Below are positions 10,887-22,682 of a DNA stretch of 64,000 nt, piece after piece. Numbering within the stretch: position 1 is the stretch's first letter; every line of letters starts with the position of its first letter. The position numbers were made by a program, and so were the translations under genes. Under the pieces are notes generated by a model. It did no database searches. It was given only the letters and a program-made list of their open reading frames with translations, and was not told the origin of the DNA. The DNA is from Macrostomum lignano (taxonomy: Eukaryota), in assembly GCA_002269645.1 (NCBI GenBank), contig NIVC01002737.1, positions 1 through 64,000 of the forward strand, written 5' to 3'.

Positions 10887-13800
10887 TCCAATATACTAAA
10901 AATCAAAACTATGTACCTATCTATATGAACCTTCGTTTAACTTGACTCTACATGGTCGGAATTTCGTGGGGTTTTCTGCATTCGATGCGTATTGATGGTG
11001 CGCTGGTACACAAAATTTTGCTAAGAAATTGCTTCATTTTTTAGGGATTAAATATTCAAAAAACTCAATTTTTGCCCCGTTTTTTAAAGTTCAAACAGTT
11101 TTTTTCTGATTGAGAAGCATTCTGACTGCCGATGGAATTGTATTGCATCATAACTCAGTGCCAACTATAGCATTGGTTCTCTACGCTGGCGTGGAGAGCT
11201 ATAAGCATTGAAAGGTTGCGCAACACCTTTAAGTTATTGAATTGAGGGGTGGGTATCGCCATTCAATTAGTCCCAGGCATTGGCTTGGTTGTGAATTTCA
11301 ATGCATCAACTGCAGGCCTCTCACTGTAGCTGGCGCTGAATGTACACCTTATGAATTTGGCTGCTTTAAAGCAGGAATGTCCAACCGTTGTTTGTGCTTC
11401 GAGTTTTTCACTTTCAGAAGAGAGCCTTGTATTGCTGGAAAGAGCTAGAAACGCTGAGTTCGAGAATATAATCTGTTTGCTGAGATTTGAAAAATTAAAA
11501 GCACAGCATAAAAAAGAAATTTCTATACTTTTTACTCTATATTCTCATTGTACGCTCTCTCATATCGCAAACCCCTACTTATCGCAACTCCACAATTCAA
11601 GCCAGCGCCATTAGATCTAAATTTAGATTGCGTAACCATATTGTTGACTTTAATTGTTGACTTTATTAATTGAAACTGATATTGACTGCCTGAGAAATTG
11701 ATTACATCGTAACTGCTTCGAGTGATTTCTATTGTACTCTATGCTGGGAGTTTTCAAAGTGTTGAAATATATAAGTGCTACAATTCATGTTATCAAAACG
11801 ATGAGAGCTAGCCTAGAGGTAAACAGACTGAACTGCTAATGCAGCAACGTGGGTTCGAATTTTTAGTGTTGAAGTTTTTTATTAAAAAAATTAATTTCAA
11901 GAAAGCTAAAGGAACCTTAAAAATGTCAAGTAAATCAGGTAACAGAGAAGAAGCTACGAGCGTTCATGTAGTATAATCAAAAATTTTATTCAACTTTAAA
12001 TTTTGAAAAGTTTTAAAAAGGACTATTCCAATAGATAAGAAATTAATTATTGTAATAGCTGACGAAATTGTTTCACAATTTGCTGGGGTACTTTCTATCA
12101 GGGGATGCTTGCTATCGGAAGGATGCTTGCTTTTGGGAATGCTTGCTTGGGGAAGATTGCTAACTGGGGGAATCACTGAGATGTCAAGGCTTGGTGGGGA
12201 AATTCCTGAGATGTCAAGTCTTAGAGGGGGGAGGGAATTGCTGAGATGTCAAGTCTTAGAGGGAGGAGGGAATTGCTGAGATGGCAAGGCTTAGAGGGGG
12301 AGGGAATTGCTGAGATGTCAAGGCTTAGAGGGAGGAGGGAATCGCTGAGATGTCAAGGCTTGGTGGGGAAATTCCTGAGATGTCAAGTCTTAGAGGGGGG
12401 AGGGAATTGCTGAGATGGCAAGGCTTAGAGGGGGGAGGGAATTGCTGAGATGTCAAGGCTTAGAGGGGGGAGGGAATTGCTGAGATGTCAAGGCTTAGAG
12501 GGAGGAGGGAATTGCTGAGATGTCAAGGCTTGGTGGGGAAATTCCTGAGATGTCAAGTCTTAGAGGGGGGAGGGAATTGCTGAGATGGCAAGGCTTAGAG
12601 GGGGGAGGGAATTGCTGAGATGTCAAGGCTTAGAGGGGGGAGGGAATTGCTGAGATGTCAAGGCTTAGAGGGAGGAGGGAATTGCTAAGATGTCAAGGCT
12701 TAGAGGGGGGAGGGAATTGCTGAGATGTCAATGCTTAACAGGGACTTGCTGAGATACCAAGGCTTGGTGGGGAAATTCCTGAGATGTCAAGTCTTGGGGG
12801 GGGAATTGCTGAGATGCCAAGGCTAAAGAGGGACTTGCTGAGATGCCAAGGCTTAAGAGGGACTTGCTGAGATGCCAAGGCTTAAGAGGGACTTGCTGAG
12901 ATACCAAGGCTTGGTGGGGAAATTCCTGAGATGTCAAGTCTTGGGGGGGGGGGGAGAATTGCTGAGATGTGAAGGCTTGGGGGAATTTCCGAGATGTCAA
13001 TGCTTGGTGGGGAAATTCCTGAGATGTCAAGTCTTAGAAGGGGGGAAATCTGTGAGATATCAAGTCTAAAGGGGGAATTGCTGAGATGTGAAGGCTTGGG
13101 GAATTTCTGAGATGTCAAAATCTTAGGGAAGGGAATTGCAGAGATTTCAAGTCCTGAGGGCGAATTGCTGAGATCTCATGTCTTTGGTGGGAATTCTATG
13201 GGTTGGGGATTCTTTGAATGAGGGAGGGTTCTAATATATATCTTTGGATAGTGATTCATTGGGGAATTCCTTCGTTGGGGGATTACTATTTCGATGAAGG
13301 GTTCTTTGAATGGGGGATTCTTTAGATGAAGGCTTCTTTCTATAGAGTGATCCTTTGGATATGAGATTATTTGGGGGGGGATTCTTTATGAGGGGATTCT
13401 TTGGATGGGGAGTATTTCGACGGTGGTTCTTTAAATAAGGGGAATCTTTGGCCAAGGATTCTTTTGATGGGGGATTATTTGAATGGGAGATTCTTAAGAG
13501 GGGGATTCTTTGGATAGGGGTGGATGGGGGATTCTTTGGATAGGAATGGATGGGGGGTTCTTTGGATAGGGATGGATGGGGGGTTCTTTGGATGAGGGAT
13601 TCTTTGAGTGGAGATTCTGTGGAGGTCAAGTCTTAGGGGGGGGGGAATTGCTGAGATGTCAACGCTTTTGACTGGGAGAAATAGCTAAGATGTCAAGATT
13701 TACTGGGGGGAATTACTGAGATATAAAGACTTACTAGGTGAATTACTGAGATTTCATTGCTTAATGGGAAATTCCTTAGATGTCAAGTCTTACAGAGGGG

Positions 13801-15225
13801 AATTGCTGAGATGGCAAGACTTACTGGGGAAATTACTGAGATATAAAGGCTTACTGGGGGAATTTCTGAGATGTCAAGGCGTGGTGGGAATTTCTGAAAT
13901 GTCAAGACTAGAGACGGGGAGAAATTGCTAAGATGTCAAGTCTTAGGGGGGGAATTACTGAGATGTCAAGGTTTAAGGGTAATTTTTGAGATGTCAAGTC
14001 TTGGGGAAGGGAATTACTGAGATTTCAAGGCTTGGTAGAATGATTCATTGGGAACTTCTTTCGGTGGGGGATTCTTTCGATGAAGGGTTCTTTTGATAAA
14101 GTGATCTTTTGGATTGGATTGGATTGGATTTGGATTGTTTGGACGGAGATTATTTGCATGAGGGGATTCTTTAGATGGGGGTTATTTGGATGGGTGTTCT
14201 GTAGATGAGGGGATTCTTTGGCCAAGGATTCTATTTGGATGGGAGATTCTTTGGATTCTTTGGATGGGGGGTTCTTTGGATTCTTTGGATGGAGTTTCTG
14301 TTAATGGGGATTATTTGGATGTGGATTCTTTAGAGGGGGGGTTTCTGGAGTGGGATTCTTTGGATTCTTTGGATTGGGATTATTTGGACGGGGGTTCTTT
14401 AGATGAGGGGATCATTTTGTCAATGATTTTTTAGATAAGGGATAATTTGGATTTGAGAATCTTTGGATTATTTAGATGGGGATTTTGTGGATGGGGATTA
14501 TTTGGATGTCCATTATTTAGATGGGGATTCTTTGGATATGGATGGATTGGGGGATTCTTTAGATAAGAATGGATGCTGGGTTTTTCTGGATAGGGATAGA
14601 TAGGAGGATTCTTTAGATAGGGATGGATGGGGGATTCTTTAGATAGGGATGGATTTGGGATTCTTTGGATATGGATGGATGAGGATTTTTTGGATAGGGA
14701 TGGATGGGGATTCTTTGGATATGGATGGATTTAGGATTCTTTGGATATGGAAGGATAGGGGGATTCTTTGGATAGGGATGGATTTGAGATTCTTTGGATG
14801 GGGATTCTGTGTATGGGGGATTCCTTGGATAGGAAATTCATTGGATGGGGATTCTTCGAATCGGGATTCTATCAATGGGGGGTTCTTTGAATGGAAGATT
14901 CTTTGGATATAGGATTCTTTGCATGTGAGATTCTACGGATGGGCGATTCATTGGATGGGGAATTCTTCAGATAGGAGGATTCCTTGAGTGGGGAATTGTG
15001 TGGATTGTGTGAAGTGGGGAATTAAGTGGATTCTATCGATGGAGGTTCTTTAGATGGCGGATTCTTTGGATAGGGAATTCTTTGCATCAGAGATTTTACA
15101 GATGGGGGATTTTTTGGATGAGGGATTCTTTGGATGTGGGATTCAGTGGGGTGAAATTTTATTGCGTGGGAAAACTGTGATTGGAGTTTGGACGGAAAGC
15201 CCCAACGGGGGTTGGAATTGGCTAG
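10887..15225 (+). mobile_element. Non-autonomous Helitron-like element, copy 1, carrying G-rich minisatellites
   Basis: Starts TCCAATATACTAAAAAT; ends with hairpin CCCC-AAC-GGGG (15200-15210) then CTAG (15222-15225). Internal blocks are homologous to copy 2 (e.g. GCTAAGAAATTGCTT..GGGATTAAATATTC; TTGCGTAACCATATTG; CTGAGAAATTGATTA). Confidence 0.72.
12170..15150. repeat. Interleaved G-rich minisatellites: ~31-bp GGGAATTGCTGAGATGTCAAGGCTTAGAGGG (12170-13200, 13620-14035) and degenerate GGGATTCTTTGGAT-type (13200-13620, 14040-15150)
   Basis: Units read directly. Confidence 0.9.
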
Positions 15226-18200
15226 TCCTATATACTAAAAATGAGTTGTCTGTGGGTATGCGATAGATTTCAGAAAAATTGGCTCAACCGATTTTCTTCA
15301 AACTTGCACCATTCGATCAGAAATTTTCCTGGGATGGTACATGCATCTTGGCTAAGAAATTGCTTAATTCTAAAGGGATTAAATATTCGAAAAATATGCT
15401 TTTTTGCAAAGGTCCAGCAAAATTTTCGACTTGAAATGCATTGTAAGAATGCTAGAGAAAAACCTGACTGACTGAATTTCAATTCTGATAAAGATTGCAT
15501 CACAACAAGTTGAAAACAGTGTTGAAGAAATGCACACACGACTTGATTTAAATTGCGTAACCATATTGCTAACTTGAACTGAGACTGATACTGGCTGACT
15601 GAGAAATTGATTATGTCATAACTTTTTACTTTAATTGACTTGCTGTAAGAATTGAATTATAAGGGCCACAATTCATGTACTCCAATTGAAAAGAGATAGC
15701 CTAGATACGAACAGACTGGACTGCCAACGTAGCAACCTGGGTTGGAATCTTAGTAGTGCAAAATAATTTTTTTATTAAAACACCTTGAAAACATGAAACT
15801 GCTAAACATAAAAAAGCACAATGTCAAACATAAAAGAGGCACCATGTCAAACATTACATGGGCACCATGTAAAACATATACGTGACTCTATGTTAAACAT
15901 TAAAGAGCCACCATGTAAAACATAAAAGAGTCACCATTTCAAACATTAAAGAGCCACCATGTCGAACATTAAAGTGACAACATGTCAAACGTAAAAGAGC
16001 CACCATGCCAAACATAAAAGAGCCACCATGTAAAATATTAAAGAGCCAATATTTCGAACATTTAAGAGCCACCATGGCAAACATTAAAGAGCCACCATGT
16101 CGAACATTAAAGAGCCACCATTTCGAACATAAAAGAGCCACCATGAAGAAAATTAAAGAATCACCATTTCGAACATAAAAGAGCCACAATGTAGAATATT
16201 AAAGAGCCACTATGTTGAACATTAAAAAGTCACCATATCAAACATAAAAGAGCCACCATGTTGAACATTAAAGAGCCACCATGTCAAACATTAAAGAGCC
16301 ACCATGTAGAATATTAAAGAGCCACTATGTCAAACATTAAAGAGCCACTATGTCAAACGTAAAAGTGACTTTATGTCAAACATATAGGTGTTTTTATGTC
16401 AAACATTAAAGAACCACTATTTTGAACATTAAAGAGCCACCATTTCGAACATAAAAGAGGCACCATGTCAAACATTAAAGAGGCACCATGTTAACATAAA
16501 AGAGCCACCATGTCAAACATAAGAGAGCCACCATGTCAAGCATAAAATATACGCAATTTCAAACGTAAAAGTATTGCCAGCCAATGCCAATTTTAAGTCA
16601 TGCCAATTTTAAAGGAGCCACTATAAAGCTAAGGAAATTTTCGCACTAGCTACTTATTGTCTGGTGGATGCTTGCTATTTGGGGATACTTGCTATCTGGG
16701 GGGTGCTTGCTATCTGGGGGGTGCTTGCTATCTGGGTGATGCTTGCTATCTGGGGGATGCTTGCTATCTGGGGGTGCTTGCTATCTGGGGGATGCTTGCT
16801 ATCTGGGGGATGCTTGCTATCTGGGGGATGCTTGCTATCTGGGGGATGCTTGCTATCTGGGGGATGCTTGCTATCTGGGGGATGCTTGCTATCTGGGGGA
16901 TGCTTTCTCTCTGGGTGATGCTTGCTGTCTTGGGATGATTTCTTTTTGCATTGCACTTCATTTGAGCAGTTTGTCGGTTTTCTTTGTGAAGGTTTTTTTG
17001 TATGTCGAATATTAAACAGTCACCATGCCAAACATAAAAGAGCCACCATTTTAAACATATACGTGACTCCATGTCAAACATTAAAGCGCCATCATGTCAA
17101 ACATATATGTGACTGCATGTCAAACATAGAAGAGCCACCATGTCAAACATAAAGAGCCACCATGTAAAATATAAAAGAGCTACCATGTAAAATATTAAAG
17201 GGCCATCATGTCAAACATTTATGTGACTCAATGTCAAACATTAAAGAGCCACCATGTCGAAAATTAAAGAGCCACCATGTTAAACGTAAAAGAGCCACCA
17301 TGCCAAACATAAAAGAGCCACCATGTCAAACATATACGTGACTCCATGTCAAACATTAAAGCGCCATCATGTCAAACATATATGTGACTGCATGTCAAAC
17401 ATAAAAGAGCCACCATGTCAAACAACTAAGCCACCATGTCAAACAAAGAAGAGCCACCATGTCAAACATAACAGAGACAACATTTCAAACGTAAAAGGGC
17501 CGCCATGGTAAACATAGAAGAGCCACTATGTCAACATTAAAGAGCCACCTTTTTAAACATAAAAGAGACACCGTTTCAAACATAAAAGAAGTGTCATGCC
17601 AAACAAAATGGAGCCACTATAAATCTAAGGAAATTGTTGCACTAGCTACTTTCTCTGGTGGATGCTTGCTATTTAAGGATGGATACTTGCTATCAAGGGG
17701 ATGCTTGCTATTGGAAGGATGCTTGCTACTGGGGTAACTTGCTATTGGGAGATGCTTTTTCTTGGGGGGTGGAGGGTACTTGCTATCTAAGAGGGGGTTG
17801 CTAGATATCTATAAGGTCTCTTTGTATCCAGGTTAAAGCTTGCTATCTGGAGTTGCTTGCGGTCTGGGGGATGCTTGCTATCTGGGGGATGCTTGCTATC
17901 TGGGGGATGCTTGCTATCAGGGGTTGCTTGCAGTCTGGGGGATGCTTACTATCTGGGGTCTGGGGATGCTTGCTATCTGGGGGATGCTTGCTATCAAGGG
18001 GATGCTTGCTATCTGGGGGATGCTTGCTATCGAGGGGATGCTTGCTATCTGGGGGATGCTTGCAGTCTGGAGGATTTTGCTATTTGTGGATCGATGCTTG
18101 AATGCTGTCTGAGGATGCTTGCTGTCTTGGGATGTTTTGTTTTTAGAGGGAATGTCTGTTGTTTCTTATGAAGGCTTTATTTCGCTGTCTATTTGTTATT

Positions 18201-18256
18201 TGTAAAGAACAAGGATTCTATCCAGATGTCCCCCATCGGGGGGCGAAGATTGCTAG
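15226..18256 (+). mobile_element. Non-autonomous Helitron-like element, copy 2
   Basis: Starts TCCTATATACTAAAAAT immediately after the CTAG of copy 1; ends with hairpin GTCCCCC-ATC-GGGGGGC (18228-18244) then CTAG (18253-18256), followed by T. Confidence 0.78.
15820..18135. repeat. Alternating arrays: ~23-bp AAACATTAAAGAGCCACCATGTC (15820-16545, 17005-17600) and 18-bp CTGGGGGATGCTTGCTAT (16665-16935, 17655-18135)
   Basis: Units read directly; the spacer GAGCCACTATAAA..CTAAGGAAATT..GCACTAGCTACT occurs twice. Confidence 0.9.
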
Positions 18257-19161
18257 TAGTTATCTATACATGTTATAAACTATAAATATATCTTTATATT
18301 TTTTCAATTTTTATAATATATATTCCTTATTAATATTAGGCACATAAGATTTTTTGTCTAAAATTTGTTTTATATTTTCAAAAATAGACCTGCAAAGGTC
18401 AAGCTTAGGCTTAATACATGAGCCTCTTCATGGCAATCGGTTCTAGAACCAGAATAAATTCAAGTTCTAGAACCAGAACCAGTGTGAAATGAAGAGCTTC
18501 AAATGCATAATGGTTTGAGAAAATTTCTTGAACCATATTCTAGAACCAGAACCTTGTTCCGGAACTGATTCTGTTTTTCAAACCATCAATATGAATAGGC
18601 TCCATATATGAGGATACTACAAAAATATTTTCACAATTTTTCACTTGAACCAGTGTCTTTAATTTATTTTTTCTTTGTAATCAATATGATTTAGCATACC
18701 ATAGGTATTAAAAGATAGCATTTAATGATATATATTAAATTAAGGTAAAGTAACAGATATCTTACAAGATAAAAAATGTAATATGACAAAATGACTAAAA
18801 GCTTAATTATATTATACATTTTCTCTATTTAAATGATTAATATCCATAATTCACACTTTAGACACAAGCTTTAGACACAAACAAAATTTAGTGACTGTTA
18901 TTTCTACTTGTGGTTATATTCTAAGCTTCTGAGAACTGAAAATTAAAAAAAGCCATTGGAGTCCTTGATAGCATATGTAGGACTTTGGAGGTGACATTAT
19001 GGGGAATGCATTACCCATGGATATGAATAGGCTATGGGAAAAATTAGATATAAAATATCTATAGATATCAATGTAGGAAAATTTTTTTAACTACAGTGGA
19101 GAGTAATAAAGAAAGCCATATATTATATAGATGATTAAATGATTTATGGCCAAAAAGTGTA

Positions 19162-19966
19162 GGGTCGCCATCATAAGTTCGAAAAATTACATCGTCGAAA
19201 CAGGGCTCCATCACAAGCTCGAAAAGTCATAAGCTCAAAAAATCATATCGTCAAAAAGTTTGGCAGCCACCATCACTAGCTCGAAAAGTCATAAGCTTGA
19301 AAAATCACATCGTCAAAAACTGATTTAGCAGCCACCATCACAAGCTCAAAAAGTCATAAGCTTGAAAAATCATATCGTCGAAAAGTTTAGCAACCACCAT
19401 CACAAGCTCGAAAAATCACATCGTCGAAACAGGGCTCCATCACAAGCTCGACAAGTCATAAGCTCAAAAAATCACATCGTCGAAAAGTTTAGCAAACATC
19501 ATCACAAGCTCGAAAAGGCACAGCTCTAACCGTAACCCCAAGGCACTAACCCTAAGGCACCAGTACCCCAGCCTAACCCTGAACCATAACTTAAAGGCAC
19601 TAGTTCACCACAACCCTAACCCTAAACCCTAACCCTAAGGCACAAGTTCGAACCCCAACCCTAAACTTAACCCTAAGCCCTAATCCTAAGGCACAAGCTC
19701 TAACCCTAACCCTATTCAAGCTTGTGATGGTGGTTGCTAACCTTTTCGACGATGTGACTTTTCGAGCTTGTGAATTTTCGAGCTTATGATGGTGGTTGCT
19801 AGACTTTTCGACGATATGATTTTTCGAGCTTATGACTTTTCGAGCTTGTGATGTCGGCTGCTAAATCAGTTTTCGACGATGTGATTTTTCGAGCTTGTCA
19901 TCGAGCTTGTGATGGTGGTTGCTAAACTTTTCGACGATATGATTTTTCGAGCTTGTAATGGGCCCC
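19162..19966. mobile_element. Foldback element: inverted, internally repetitive arms around a telomere-like (TAACCC) core
   Basis: Left arm (CATCACAAGCTCGAAAAGTCATAAGCTCAAAAAATCACATCGTCGAAA)n is mirrored by the right arm; core ~19525-19715 is rich in AACCCTAACCCTAA. Confidence 0.75.
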
Positions 19967-20065
19967 CTTTTAAACTAGTGTGTATAGGCAATTATGGATT
20001 TCTGTAATATAGAAATCTGCTGTATACAAACTCAGTAGCTTATAAGCCCCCCCCCCCACAAACAG

Positions 20066-21929
20066 GCATGAGTACAGCGCCCTATGGAAGTGTGCTCAAG
20101 TGGCTGGTGCCTATGTGCTCACCCAGCTGTGCAAAATGCTGCTGCTGGCCACATTCTTTCCACAATGGACTGGCGGCCTCGCTGACTTCCTTCGCTCCAC
20201 CTGTGACTTGTTCGACCTGGTCGGCCTGTTCCTAGTGTTCCAGCGCGTGTCCGGCAAGGGCAGCATCAAGATTCTCACCGTTGGCGCCGGCTGGGCGGCC
20301 GCACACTTCCTGCTCACCAAGGTGGTGCCGCTGTGGGTGGGGGCCAGCGGCCAGCAGTTCAGCTGGGCATTCGTCCGCCTGAGCTTTGAGTCCAATCTGG
20401 AGCTGGCGCAGCACCTGTGCCTGGCGCTGCTACTGTGGCTTTACTGTCGGTTCGATCTGAGCAAAGCCCACCTGCCTGCTGTCACTGCCGGCATCCTGCT
20501 AATCAACTACCGGCCGTTTCTGTTCCTGTGAGTGCGACAGTGCCAGCTTGGTCATACAGTTTGATCATACAGCTTGGTCATACAGCTTGGTCATACTCAT
20601 ACAACTTGGTCACAGCTTGGTCATACTCACATAGCTTAGTCATATCCATACATCTTGGTCATCCTCACATAGCTTGGTCATACTCACACAGCTTGGTCAT
20701 ACTCACACAGCTTGGTCATACTCACACAGTTCGGTCATACAGCTTGGTCATACTCATACAGCTTGGTCATACTCACACAGCTTAGTCATACTTACACAGC
20801 TTGGTCATACTCACACAGCTTAGTCATATCCATACATCTTGGTCATCCTCACATAGCTTGGTCATACTCACACAGCTTGGTCATACTTACACAGCTTGGT
20901 CATACTTACACAGCTTGGTCATACTCACACAGCTTAGTCATATCCATACATCTTGGTCATCCTCACATAGCTTGGTCATACTCACACAGCTTGGTCATAC
21001 TTACACAGCTTGGTCATACTCACACAGCTTAGTCATATCCATACATCTTGGTCATACTCACACAGCTTGGTCATACTTACACAGCTTAGTCATACCCATA
21101 CATCTTGGTCATACTCACACAGCTTGGTCATACTCACACAGTTCGGTCATACAGCTTGGTCATACTCACACAGCTTGGTCATACTCACACAGCTTGGTCA
21201 TACTTACACAGCTTGGTCATACTCACACAGCTTAGTCATACCCATACATCTTGGTCATACTCACACAGCTTGGTCATACTCACACAATTCGGTCATACAG
21301 CTTGGTCATACTCACACAGCTTGGTCATACTTACACAGCTTGGTCATACTCACACAGTTCGGTCATACAGCTTGGTCATACTTACACAGCTTGGTCATAC
21401 TTACACAGCTTGGTCATACTCACACAGCTTGGTCATACTTACACAGCTTGGTCATACTTACACAGCTTGGTCATACTTACACAGCTTGGTCATACTCACA
21501 CAGCTTGATCATACTCATACATCTTGGTCATCCTCACATAGCTTGGTCATACTCACACAGCTTGGTCATACTTACACAGCTTGGTCATACTCACACAGCT
21601 TAGTCATACCCATACATCTTGGTCATACTCATACAGCTTGGTCATACTCACACAGCTTGGTCATACTCACACAGCTTGGTCATACTCACACAGCTTGCTC
21701 ATACTCACACAGCCTGGTCATACTCATACAGCTTCGCAATGCTCATCATTAATCACCCCCACCCAACCGCAGGTCTCTGGGCCATCTGCTCCCGCCGGGC
21801 TGGCAGTTGGCAGCGCACACGGGCCTGACAGCTCTGGTCGGCCTGGTGTCCCTGGCCGTGTACCACCTGTGGAGTAACGAGGTGCACGGGCCGCAGGCCA
21901 ACGGCAAAGCCGCCCATCATCTGCACTGA
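20066..21929 (+). CDS. TMEM147: TMEM147 (multipass translocon/Nicalin-NOMO complex subunit), last two exons: 20066-20527 and 21773-21929; first coding exon not found in window
   Basis: HEYSALWKCAQVAGAYVLTQLCKMLLLATFFP..DLVGL..GKGSIKILTVGAGWAAAH..VPLWVGA..FSW matches recalled vertebrate TMEM147 (EYNAFWKC..QLCKMLFLATFFP..PLWVGARG). Acceptor AACAG, donor CT|GTGAGT, acceptor CGCAG|G; phases consistent; ends in TGA. Confidence 0.92.
20545..21732. repeat. Intronic 19-bp minisatellite CACAGCTTGGTCATACTCA, the reverse complement of the 1-8896 array unit
   Basis: Consensus units are exact reverse complements. Confidence 0.95.
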
Positions 21930-22682
21930 GTCTAAATGCTGTTTCTGTGTCGCGGTGTTCATTTAACTGAGCAAAATTAACCAAAAACTAAATACTAGTT
22001 AGCTGACCACAATTTTATAACTTGTAGTAACCGTCATAACTGTCGTTAATTTGTTTAAATAGTCGAAACCCAAAAATATATACATTGTGCGCATTGCAAT
22101 TTTAATGTTAATCATTTAAGCACGCTGTTGTTTGCAGCATTGCGTGTTTGTTTCCGGAAGTAACATTTGTCAAAATGGTTTCAGAGTTTTAGTGAATTTC
22201 TGTAAACTTCACGGCAATTTCATCTCTAACATTCGGACTCAAATGTTGCACCGTGTCATGGAGTTACCTAGCTGCATGTTAATTTTTTATGTTGGTGAGT
22301 CACTGACTGCCTTGGATGAGTGACTGACTGGCTTGAGTGAATGGTTCACGATCGTCACTCCGTGGACCGTGATATCACTCTTACCGATTGTCACTCGCGG
22401 GCACTCATTTTAGCGCCGCGGGCACTCATTTTAGTGACTTGAATATCACTCATTCCCCACACCGGCCCACAGCTGAAAATCCTACCAAAAGTCATGAGCA
22501 AATGCCATCTGCATGTACGGTTCACTCAAAAGAAAATCCGGAATATTATTCTTATATTTTAGTTGCGTTGTGTCCAACATTTAAAAGCTGTAACCGCCGA
22601 GTCACGCTCATCTTTTCGTCATGTTTTCGTCATATTTATTCGTCACACCCATCAGTGCCTCAGACTCGTTAATCTTCATCAG

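Noticed and set aside
19525-19715. True telomere or chromosome-fusion scar
   Set aside because: Repeats are short, degenerate, on one strand only and enclosed by inverted arms; better explained as part of a foldback element.
20060-20075. TMEM147 initiated by a spliced-leader AUG or by the ATG at 20068
   Set aside because: SL-AUG + GCA TGA stops immediately, and the ATG at 20068 is out of frame with the TMEM147 reading frame.
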